A stretch of 64,000 bases of DNA from Acidimicrobiia bacterium (GTDB taxonomy: Bacteria > Actinomycetota > Acidimicrobiia > Spongiisociales > UBA5794). The notes under the pieces are model-generated. The model searched no databases and was not told the DNA's origin. It saw only the letters and a program-made list of their open reading frames with translations. Positions within the stretch are counted from its first letter, which is position 1, and each line of letters starts with the position of its first letter. Location: positions 805 through 64,804 of the forward strand of contig JANTHO010000001.1 of NCBI GenBank assembly GCA_024762335.1, given 5' to 3'. Below, piece after piece: positions 20,046-27,873 of the stretch. The position numbers and the translations under genes were made by a program.

Positions 20046-20142
20046 TCACGCTCCTCGCCGTTCGAGTATTGACCCGTAGCCCCGATGGTACCGGCGAGCG
20101 CCGGACGATTCGCTCCGCCGTCCCACCGGTACCCTTCCGCCC

Positions 20143-21426
20143 GTGGAGACCACGGAACACACCGAAATCCAGTCGAAGAACTATCGCCGCAACTTCACCG
20201 GCGGCTTGATTCACGGCGTCTTCTTCCAACTCTCCGAAGCGTTCTCGAACATCAACACGGTGCTTCCGTCGTTCGTCGCCACGCTCACGGCCTCATCCGT
20301 TTTCATCGGTGTGATGGTGGTTGCCCAAGAATTGGGGAACGTCATCCCGCAGATGATCACCGCCTACCGCGTGGAGGATCGACCCTACGAGAAGCCGATC
20401 CTCATGTGGATCATCACGCTCCGCTGGGTTTCGTGGGCGTTGCTCGCCGTCGTGACGGCGCTCTTCGCGCTCGACCATCCGGAGGTCGTGCTCCTTCTGC
20501 TCGTCGGCTTGTTCGCCTCATTCTCGCTCGCCGGCGGTGTCGGCTCCATCGTTTACGCCGACGTCTTCGCGAAGGCCATCCCGACCGAACGCCGCGGCCG
20601 TTTCATCGGATGGAAGCAACTGATCGGATATGCGCTGGCGATCGGAGCCGGTTGGGTCGTCGCATGGATCCTCGCGAACCCGGACCTGTTCCCATATCCG
20701 ACCAACTACGCCATCATGTTCGCTTTCGCCGCAGTGTTCCTGCTGATTGCGTTCATCGGCATCGTGATCGTGAACGAACCGCCGTCCACGCACGGACGGC
20801 ACTCCCAGACGCTTCGCGACTCACTGCGTCGCGCTGCGAACCTCACCAGGACCAATGAGAATTTCCGCCTCCTCCTCGTGGGTCGGGGCTTGACCGGCGT
20901 CCTCCTGCTCTCGGCTCCGTTCTTCGTGCTGTTCGCCCTGAACGACGTCGGCATCGAAAAGGCCGCGATCGGTCTGTACCTGGCGGCACAGATGACCGGT
21001 GCGGCGTTGTCGAACCTGGTGTGGGGGTGGCTCGGGGACAACTACGGGAATCGGACGGTCCTGATCGGAACCTCGATCGTTGGTCTCGGCGCACCGATCG
21101 CGGCACTCGCCGCGCTCGTCATCGGCCCGGTGACGCTGTTCGTGACGTTCTTCCTCGTCGGGGCGGCGATGAGTGGTCTGCGCCTCGGCTACGCAAACAT
21201 CATCCTCGAGATGTCGCCCGATCACCTTCGTTCGACGTGCGTGGCGCTCCTCGGCACACTCCTCGCCCCCCTCGCCCTTCTCCCACTCCTGATCGGCATC
21301 GTGGTGACGTGGGTCCCGATCGCCTTTATCCTGGCGTTCGACGTCCTTGCAATGCTCGGTGCCGTCGCGGCGTCGATCAGGCTACGCGACCCGCGGCACA
21401 CGGACGCGGGGCTCTGCACCGAGTAG
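20143..21426 (+). CDS. MFS transporter
   Basis: 427 aa with about 12 TM segments in a 6+6 organisation and a central loop (HGRHSQTLRDSLRRAANLTRTNENFR). GTG start. Confidence 0.8.
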   Translation: METTEHTEIQSKNYRRNFTGGLIHGVFFQLSEAFSNINTVLPSFVATLTASSVFIGVMVVAQELGNVIPQMITAYRVEDRPYEKPILMWIITLRWVSWALLAVVTALFALDHPEVVLLLLVGLFASFSLAGGVGSIVYADVFAKAIPTERRGRFIGWKQLIGYALAIGAGWVVAWILANPDLFPYPTNYAIMFAFAAVFLLIAFIGIVIVNEPPSTHGRHSQTLRDSLRRAANLTRTNENFRLLLVGRGLTGVLLLSAPFFVLFALNDVGIEKAAIGLYLAAQMTGAALSNLVWGWLGDNYGNRTVLIGTSIVGLGAPIAALAALVIGPVTLFVTFFLVGAAMSGLRLGYANIILEMSPDHLRSTCVALLGTLLAPLALLPLLIGIVVTWVPIAFILAFDVLAMLGAVAASIRLRDPRHTDAGLCTE

Positions 21427-21446
21427 TCGTGGGGGAGCCGGGTTCG

Positions 21447-21800
21447 TTACTCGGTCGAACGGCTGAGGGCCCTGTTCGGAACCCATCCCGCCCGACCGTG
21501 CTGGTCGACGCACCAGGTCCAATTTCCCGCCGACTGGTACCCGGCCACGACATCGCCCACTTTGACGGCGAGTTCCACTGTGGAGTAGTCGGCGGTCACC
21601 GTCGCGGTTCCGTCATCCGCCATGACGAGGAAGTCCTGGGGGACCCAGCCGCCGCTTCCGTCCGAACCCAGGCACCACAGATACGCCGTCCATTCGGTGT
21701 CCCGGTCACCCACCGTCACCCGATCGCCCGCTGTGAGAACGAGGGGTCGGCGGGGTGCCGGTTCCCAGGCTTCCACAACGATGAGGAGTATGCCGGTCAT
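21447..21800 (-). CDS. Small SH3-like domain protein
   Basis: Internal ATG 21800 of ORF 21447..22385 gives 117 aa (…WCLGSDGSGGWVPQDFL… and …WCVDQHGRAGWVPNRAL…). This looks like two SH3-like W..GWVP units. ATGA overlap with the dnaB stop. Confidence 0.6.
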   Translation of the reverse strand: MTGILLIVVEAWEPAPRRPLVLTAGDRVTVGDRDTEWTAYLWCLGSDGSGGWVPQDFLVMADDGTATVTADYSTVELAVKVGDVVAGYQSAGNWTWCVDQHGRAGWVPNRALSRSTE

Positions 21801-23158
21801 GCCACAGGGATGTCCCGGCCCATGTCGGCGAAGAGCGTGAACTCGGGAAGGAACGTCATCTGCACCTTCCCGACCGCACCCTGCCGGTGCTTTGCGACGA
21901 CGATCTCCGCAACCCCCTTCGACTCGACCTTGTCGGGGTTGTAGGTCTCGTCTCGATAGATGAATAGCACGACGTCGGCGTCCTGCTCGATCGCGCCCGA
22001 CTCGCGAAGGTCTCCGAGACGGGGCCGCTTGTCCTCCCGGCTCTCCAGGGACCGGTTGAGCTGGGAGACGGCGATGATCGGCACGTCGAGCTCGCGAGCG
22101 AGGTTCTTCAGCGAACGGGAAATGAGCGCGATCTCCTGCTGACGGTTCTCGCCACCGGATCCGTGCATCAGCTGCAGGTAGTCGACGATGATGAGGCCCA
22201 ATCCGGGGCGGCGGCGGAGACGTCTGGCCTTGGCGCGGATCTCGGTGACCGTGAGACCGGGGGAGTCGTCGACGAAGATCGGCTTCTTGTACAGGGCACT
22301 GGCGGCGTTCGACAGTTTGGTGAAGTCGGCTTCGGAGAGGCGGCCCGTACGCAAGCGCTGCGAATCGATCCGTCCGGTGGAGCACAGCATGCGGGAGACC
22401 ACTTCCTCCCGACTCATTTCCAGCGAGAAGATCGCCACCGGATGGTCGTGCTGTGCGACGTTCTGGGCCATGTTGAGCGCAAGCGCCGTCTTCCCCATAC
22501 CCGGCCGGGCGGCCACAACGATGAGATTGGTGGGGTGGAGTCCGGCGAGTTTGCGGTCCAGGTCCCTGAAACCGGTCGGAAGGCCGGTGACGTCGGAGCC
22601 GAGCCGCTGCAGCTCTTCGGCCCGCTCGATCGCCGGCCCGAGCAGCGGGTCGATCGCCGTCAGGCCCTCACCAACCCGGCGTTCGGCTACCTGGAACACC
22701 TCCTGTTCGGCACGATCCAGGACATCGGCGATCGGTTCGCTCATCTCGGCGGCGATGCCGCCGATGGTGCCGCCGACCTTCATCAACCGCCGTCTGAGAG
22801 CGTGCTCTTCGACGATGCCGGCGTAGTAGTCGACGTTCGACGTGGTCGGGACCGTATCGAGCAGATGTGTGAGGAAGGCAACGCCTCCCATCCGTTCGAG
22901 TACGTCCTCCCTACGGAGGATCTCCGAGACCGTGACGGCATCGATCGGTTCGTTCGCATCGAAGAGCGTCCGGATCGCTTCGAAGACCTGCTGGTGGGCG
23001 GGGCGGTAGAAGTCGTCGGCGTGGAGTTTCTCGAGCGCGATGTTGGCGGCTTCGGCTGAGAGAAGGACCGCACCGAGCACCGATTCCTCGGCCTCGACAC
23101 TGTGCGGCGGCACCTGTAGCCCGCGAGCACCCGGTGGGCGTTCGGCAACGCTCGTCAC
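21797..23158 (-). CDS. dnaB: Replicative DNA helicase DnaB
   Basis: PPHSVEAEESVLGAVLL at the N-terminus, Walker A ARPGMGKTA, IIVDYLQLM and SQLNR are present. No intein is evident from the length. I prefer GTG 23158, which follows GGAGGAG. The ORF-track start at 23218 is also GTG but has no SD. Confidence 0.9.
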   Translation of the reverse strand: MTSVAERPPGARGLQVPPHSVEAEESVLGAVLLSAEAANIALEKLHADDFYRPAHQQVFEAIRTLFDANEPIDAVTVSEILRREDVLERMGGVAFLTHLLDTVPTTSNVDYYAGIVEEHALRRRLMKVGGTIGGIAAEMSEPIADVLDRAEQEVFQVAERRVGEGLTAIDPLLGPAIERAEELQRLGSDVTGLPTGFRDLDRKLAGLHPTNLIVVAARPGMGKTALALNMAQNVAQHDHPVAIFSLEMSREEVVSRMLCSTGRIDSQRLRTGRLSEADFTKLSNAASALYKKPIFVDDSPGLTVTEIRAKARRLRRRPGLGLIIVDYLQLMHGSGGENRQQEIALISRSLKNLARELDVPIIAVSQLNRSLESREDKRPRLGDLRESGAIEQDADVVLFIYRDETYNPDKVESKGVAEIVVAKHRQGAVGKVQMTFLPEFTLFADMGRDIPVA

Positions 23159-23340
23159 AGCTCCTCCAGTCGTTCTCGTCCATCCCGTCGTTCCAAGCAT
23201 CGCACACGGGTGTGACACATACGCGTCCGATACCTGTGCTCCGCGAGAATTGCAGCGATTCTACGACCGCTCACCGGCACTCCGTCCGCCTCGTCGACAG
23301 GTTTTTCCGCGCGCCCAGCATTATTTTCGCGCAGTCCCAC

Positions 23341-23469
23341 GACACGAACCCAGGGTTCTCTGCTTTGTATATGACGTCTCCAGCCCGCGGTTCGCTGGAA
23401 CGCCCCGACCTCTACGATTCCGCGGGCTCAGGACGCCAAATAGGGCGCAGAGAACCCTGGGTTCATGTC
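23341..23469. repeat. Long near-perfect inverted repeat (hairpin or MITE-like element) in the rplI-dnaB spacer
   Basis: GAACCCAGGGTTCTCTGC (23346..23363) is the exact reverse complement of GCAGAGAACCCTGGGTTC (23447..23464). Flanking GACA/TGTC extends the stem. An inner pair AGCCCGCGG / CCGCGGGCT adds a second helix. Confidence 0.7.
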
Positions 23470-23478
23470 GGGCGCGGG

Positions 23479-23505
23479 AGGGACCCGCCGCGCGGACGGG
23501 TCCCT
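23479..23505 (-). terminator. Hairpin downstream of rplI (possible factor-independent terminator lacking a U tract)
   Basis: AGGGACCCG / CGGGTCCCT forms a 9-bp perfect stem with a 9-nt loop, 23 nt after the rplI stop. No T run follows on the minus strand. Confidence 0.4.
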
Positions 23506-23527
23506 GTTCGCTTCATGTTGGCGCCAG

Positions 23528-23974
23528 CTACGCCGGAATCACGTCAAGCGTAACCGCAAATTCGACCTCGGGATGCGGCCGGAGTGTCACTTCGTGAAGC
23601 CCGATCTCCTTGATCGGTCCCTCGATGTTCACGATCTTGCGATCGACCGTGATCCCCGTGAACTTCGTGATCGCCGCGGCGATGTCTCCCTCGCCGATCG
23701 AGCCGAAGAGCTTCCCTTCGTCCCCGGAACGGGCCGCGACAACGACACGGGTTCCGGTGAGCGACTGGGCATAGCCTTCTGCTTCGAGGCGGGCGGCACG
23801 TATGGCCTCTTCCCGAGCAGCGCGCATCGCATCCGCCTGCCGCAACGCACCGTCGGTGGCTTTGACACCGAGCGAGCGGGGGACGAGGTAGTTGCGGGCG
23901 TATCCGTCGGCGACGTCGACGACATCGCCCTTGTTGCCGAGCTCGGCAACGTCCTGGGTGAGTATGACCTTCAT
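23528..23974 (-). CDS. rplI: 50S ribosomal protein L9
   Basis: [33 protein letters not shown] is the canonical bL9 N-terminus. Confidence 0.95.
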   Translation of the reverse strand: MKVILTQDVAELGNKGDVVDVADGYARNYLVPRSLGVKATDGALRQADAMRAAREEAIRAARLEAEGYAQSLTGTRVVVAARSGDEGKLFGSIGEGDIAAAITKFTGITVDRKIVNIEGPIKEIGLHEVTLRPHPEVEFAVTLDVIPA

Positions 23975-24240
23975 TACTTCTGCCTTGTACCGAGATAGGG
24001 GAGCAGGGCCATCTCGCGAGCGTTCTTGATCGCCGTGGCGACCTCACGCTGACGCTTCTCACTCAGGCCGGTCACCCGGCGCGAGCGGATCTTTCCCCGA
24101 TCGGACATGAACTTGCGCAGCAGAGCGACGTCTTTGTAGTCGACGTAGTCGCCTTCGCTGAACCGGTAGACGATCCGCTTCCGTCGACGGTTGTCGACGA
24201 CGGGGCGGCGCCTCCTCGTGTTGTTTCTGGTCTTCGCCAT
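23974..24240 (-). CDS. rpsR: 30S ribosomal protein S18
   Basis: 88 aa. The sequence ...[46 protein letters not shown] is characteristic of bS18. Confidence 0.95.
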   Translation of the reverse strand: MAKTRNNTRRRRPVVDNRRRKRIVYRFSEGDYVDYKDVALLRKFMSDRGKIRSRRVTGLSEKRQREVATAIKNAREMALLPYLGTRQK

Positions 24241-24252
24241 CGATGTTCTCCT

Positions 24253-24702
24253 TTAGAAGGGCGCCTCGTCGGGCCCTTGCGTACGAGCGACAGGTGCAGC
24301 CGGCTGGCTGGGCGCCTGGCCCTGGTTCGACCAACCACCGTCGGCACGCGGTGTCTTGGTGACGGTTGCGGTCGCCCATCGGATCGACGGGCCGATCTCC
24401 TTGATGTCCACGTCGATCGTGGAGCGCTTGTCGCCCTCCTGGGTCTCCCAGGTGCGTTGCTGCAACTCGCCGACGACGATGACCCGCATGCCCCGCGTAA
24501 GGGACTCGGCCACGTTCTCGGCGACATCGCGCCAGCAGGTTCCGTTGAAGAAGCTCGTCTCTTCTTTCCACTCACCCTGGCTCTGGTAACGCTTGTTGAC
24601 GGCGAAACTCACCTTGGTCATGGCGACGCCGCTCGGTGTGAAGCGAAGCTCCGGATCCTGCGTGAGGTTGCCGATCAGGGTCACACTGTTCTGAGTGCTC
24701 AT
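24253..24702 (-). CDS. ssb: Single-stranded DNA-binding protein
   Basis: NSVTLIGNLTQDPELRFTPSG forms the OB fold, followed by a Gly/Pro-rich tail that ends in an acidic/hydrophobic tip (DEAPF). Confidence 0.95.
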   Translation of the reverse strand: MSTQNSVTLIGNLTQDPELRFTPSGVAMTKVSFAVNKRYQSQGEWKEETSFFNGTCWRDVAENVAESLTRGMRVIVVGELQQRTWETQEGDKRSTIDVDIKEIGPSIRWATATVTKTPRADGGWSNQGQAPSQPAAPVARTQGPDEAPF

Positions 24703-24763
24703 CGTTCTCTCTCTTCTCTCTCTTCCCGTACTCCCCCATCATGAGGGAAGGGTGTGACGGGAA

Positions 24764-25066
24764 TCAACCCTCTCGATCGGTCCTGCGGACGATCTTGTGT
24801 CGAACGACCGCGTCGGACAGCGACAGTGCGCGGTCGAGGGCCTCGACGAGAATGGTTTCGCCTTCGAAATCGAGGACGGAGTAGTAGCCCTCGTTCATGT
24901 GGTCGATCTCGTAGGCGAAGCGGCGCTTCCCCCAGAAATCGGTGCCGGTCACGTTGCCGCTGGTGTCGATCGTCGCGGAGACTTCCTCGACCTGTTTGCG
25001 GACGTCCGACTCGACCATGTCAGGTCGGTGGATGATCATCAGCTCGTACGAGCGCATCGATATCAA
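24764..25066 (-). CDS. rpsF: 30S ribosomal protein S6
   Basis: MRSYELMIIHRPD....V....V is the bS6 N-terminus. Its position heads the rpsF-ssb-rpsR-rplI cluster. Confidence 0.95.
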   Translation of the reverse strand: MISMRSYELMIIHRPDMVESDVRKQVEEVSATIDTSGNVTGTDFWGKRRFAYEIDHMNEGYYSVLDFEGETILVEALDRALSLSDAVVRHKIVRRTDREG

Positions 25067-25220
25067 CTCCTCCGGTCATTCGCCGTGCGAATGGTCCCCT
25101 TGGGGACAGGATATGGCAGCCCGAAGGCCGCGGTCGTCGCCGCTCCGCTGGGCGGACGGCGGTGTACGCCCGGGAGTGTACCCGCAGCCATCCGGTAGCC
25201 GCCGGGGAAAGCGGGAGGGA

Positions 25221-25682
25221 TCAGCCGCTGTAGGTCAGCACCGTCTGGTCATCAACGAAGGAGAGGCCTCCCGCCGGTGCCTCCAGCGCAAACCGGTAGG
25301 GACCGGCCGGCTGATAGGTCGGGCACGGGTCGGCGGTGCATGGTTCCATCGTGAGACGGTCGACGAACTCGCCGTCCACTGTGAAGAAGGCGATGTCGAG
25401 CGGGATCAGGGTGTCCTTCATCCAGAAGCCAACGCCGCTGTCGGTCTGGAACACGAAGAGCATCCCGTCGAGTCCGTCGAGGTCGGTCACGCCCATGAGT
25501 CCCTGTGATCGCTGCTCGGGCGTGTCGGCGACGGCCACGGTCATTGCCCGGTCGCCGACCATGATCTGCGTCGTCGGAAACTCTCCAAGACCGGAGGACT
25601 CCTCCGCCGAGGTGCACGCGCTCGCGAACAGGGTCAGTCCGAGGATCAGGAGAATGAGCGTACGGCGTGTCATCTCCTGCAA
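25221..25682 (-). CDS. DUF192-like secreted or lipoprotein
   Basis: A signal peptide with a lipobox-like LFASAC is followed by ...A.TP.QR.QGLM......GMLF.F.....FWMK.T.IPLDIAF, the pattern of DUF192. Confidence 0.7.
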   Translation of the reverse strand: MQEMTRRTLILLILGLTLFASACTSAEESSGLGEFPTTQIMVGDRAMTVAVADTPEQRSQGLMGVTDLDGLDGMLFVFQTDSGVGFWMKDTLIPLDIAFFTVDGEFVDRLTMEPCTADPCPTYQPAGPYRFALEAPAGGLSFVDDQTVLTYSG

Positions 25683-25699
25683 TCTACCGCCGCTCGTGG

Positions 25700-26563
25700 T
25701 CAGGAATCGGAGAGATCGTCCGATCGAATCAGGGTTTCGAGCGCGTCGAACGCCTCGTCGGACATGTGATACGTCTCATCACCGGATGGGAAGTTCCCGC
25801 TCTGGACGTCCGAGAAGAACCGGCCGACCGCCTCAACCGCCTCATCCGCCAGGCTGGCGTATGGGCGCACGAATTTGGGGCGATACCCGCCTCCACCGAG
25901 ACCGAGGACGTCGTGGATGACGAGTACCTGGCCGTCGCACGTGGCTCCGGCACCGATCCCGATGGTCGGCACTGCGATCTCCTCGGTCACGAGTTGCGCC
26001 ACCCGATCGGGCACCCCTTCGAGAACGATGGAGAACACGCCGGCATCCGCCAGGGCCCGGGCGTCGGAGATCAACTCATGGGCCGCCTCCGCCTCTTTGC
26101 CCTGAACCCGGTACCCACCCATGACGTTGACCGATTGGGGGGTGAGACCGAGATGGCCCATCACGGGGATCTCGGCGTCGAGCACGGCACCGATCACCGG
26201 GAGACGCTTGCGACCCCCTTCGATCTTGACGGCCCCCACACCGGCCTCGCGGACGAAACGGGCAGCGTTGATCACCGTCTGCTCGGGTGACACGTGAAAA
26301 CTCATCCACGGCATATCCCCGATCACCAGAGCGTCCGGTTCCGCTCTCATCACCGCGGCCGCGTGGTGGACCATCACGTCGACATCGACGGCGAGCGTGT
26401 CGCTATGACCGAGAACGACGTTGGCAACCGAATCGCCGACGAGAATCATGTCCGCCCCGGCCCGATCGGCGATCCTGGCCGTGGGGGTGTCGTAGGCGGT
26501 GATCATGCGGATCTTGTCCCCGCCTTTTCGGGCGCGAATCTCCGGCACGGTGGTCTTGCTCAT
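25700..26563 (-). CDS. panB: 3-methyl-2-oxobutanoate hydroxymethyltransferase
   Basis: ATG 26563 follows GGAGAGAGGAG. MSKTTVPEIRARKGGDKIRMITAYD...LVGDS....LGH..T...KIEGG are PanB motifs. The upstream part of the 382-aa ORF is non-coding-like. Confidence 0.9.
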   Translation of the reverse strand: MSKTTVPEIRARKGGDKIRMITAYDTPTARIADRAGADMILVGDSVANVVLGHSDTLAVDVDVMVHHAAAVMRAEPDALVIGDMPWMSFHVSPEQTVINAARFVREAGVGAVKIEGGRKRLPVIGAVLDAEIPVMGHLGLTPQSVNVMGGYRVQGKEAEAAHELISDARALADAGVFSIVLEGVPDRVAQLVTEEIAVPTIGIGAGATCDGQVLVIHDVLGLGGGGYRPKFVRPYASLADEAVEAVGRFFSDVQSGNFPSGDETYHMSDEAFDALETLIRSDDLSDS

Positions 26564-26736
26564 CGGTTGCTCCTCTCTCCCCACCCGTCGGGTTGGGGGA
26601 CGCAATGCAGCATCGAGTCGGCATCCGTCCCGCATCGCCCGCCCACGAAGGGTCGCCCGTGCCGGTTCGCCGACACCAGAACGGTAGCGGGAGTACGGAC
26701 GGTTCGGACCGGAGATCCATGCAGTACCGTTCCGGC

Positions 26737-27213
26737 ATGGCACGCAAAGACATCTCCATGACGGGCGAGGAAGTGATGGGCTTCCTCGATGAGACGGCAA
26801 TCCTCGAGGTCGCAACCATCGGGCGGGACGGCTGGCCGCACCTCGCACCGATGTGGTTCGTGATGGACGACAACAAGATCGTCTTCCGTTCCTTCACCCG
26901 GTCGCAGAAGATCCTCAACCTGCAGCGGGACCCCCGCCTCACGGTGCTCGCCGAGACCGGTGATGCCTACGACGAACTGCGCGGCGTGATGATCAAAGCC
27001 GAGGCGCGCCTCGTCGAGGACCCGGCATACGTGCTCTCCATCTACGGTCGCCTCGCCGCGAAGTACCCGATGGTTGGGCCGGATCCGGTCCAACTCACCG
27101 AAGAGGAACTGGGAGAAGCGTTCGGTCGGTTCGCTCCGAAGAACACGGCCGTCGTCGTGGAACCGGTGAAGACGGCCTCGTGGGATCACCGCAAGATCGG
27201 CGGCGGCTACTAG
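26737..27213 (+). CDS. Pyridoxamine 5'-phosphate oxidase-like / F420-dependent-type flavin-binding protein
   Basis: MARKDISMTGEEVMGFLDETAILEVATIGRDGWPHLAPMWFV fits the PPOX-class split-barrel N-terminus. The start (26737 or 26719) is uncertain. Confidence 0.65.
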   Translation: MARKDISMTGEEVMGFLDETAILEVATIGRDGWPHLAPMWFVMDDNKIVFRSFTRSQKILNLQRDPRLTVLAETGDAYDELRGVMIKAEARLVEDPAYVLSIYGRLAAKYPMVGPDPVQLTEEELGEAFGRFAPKNTAVVVEPVKTASWDHRKIGGGY

Positions 27214-27230
27214 CCCCCGGGTACCCGAGC

Positions 27231-27261
27231 AGGAACGGCGACCCGACCGGCCGCCGTTCCT
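27231..27261. terminator. Hairpin between convergent genes (possible bidirectional terminator)
   Basis: AGGAACGGCG / CGCCGTTCCT forms a 10-bp stem with an 11-nt loop, between the + gene end (27213) and the - gene end (27278). Confidence 0.45.
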
Positions 27262-27277
27262 ACAGAAGGGCATCGGC

Positions 27278-27757
27278 TCAGAGCGCGTCGGTTCCTGCGC
27301 CGATCTCCAGTCGCGTGCCGGTGTCCGTCCAGCGGCCGAACCCAGATCGAGTGCGATAGACGCCGGTTCCCTTCAGGAGCACCGTTCCCCTGCCGAGAGC
27401 ACGGAAGCGCATCCGCCCATCGGCAGAGATCTCGAAGTCGCTCCCTTTCACGTGGATCCGTCCGTAGAAGCCGGTCAGGTTGTACACGGACGAGTCGGTC
27501 TTCATCTCCTCCTCGGCGCCGCTCCGACCCGTGATCCAGACCCGGGCATCACCGGCCCGGTCGACGATCGTCACGTTGCCGTCGATCGCCATCCACACCG
27601 TGCCGCCGCCGTCGATCACGGCAACACCTGAACCCTTCGCCCACAGGGTTCCCGCTCCTTCAATGTCGGCTGCCCCTTCGGCCGCCGAGGCCGCAGGAAC
27701 CAACCCCACGATCAACAGCGCCAGGGCTGCAAACACGACCAGCGTTCGTTTCACCAT
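27278..27757 (-). CDS. Secreted hypothetical protein
   Basis: 159 aa. A signal peptide (MVKRTLVVFAALALLIVGLVPAASA) is followed by a Gly-rich, beta-rich body. No family recognised. Confidence 0.55.
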   Translation of the reverse strand: MVKRTLVVFAALALLIVGLVPAASAAEGAADIEGAGTLWAKGSGVAVIDGGGTVWMAIDGNVTIVDRAGDARVWITGRSGAEEEMKTDSSVYNLTGFYGRIHVKGSDFEISADGRMRFRALGRGTVLLKGTGVYRTRSGFGRWTDTGTRLEIGAGTDAL

Positions 27758-27873
27758 GCCATCTCCTTTCGATGGGCTCGTCGTACCGACCCATCGTCGA
27801 CGACCAGTATTCGAGCCATGTGAGATCCGCGTAAGGATTCTGAAACGGGTCCGGCCTCGCGATCAGGGATCGG

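Noticed and set aside
23159-23218. Longer dnaB start (GTG 23218) from the ORF track
   Set aside because: No SD precedes it, whereas GTG 23158 follows GGAGGAG and gives a typical DnaB length. This is not excluded, only less likely.
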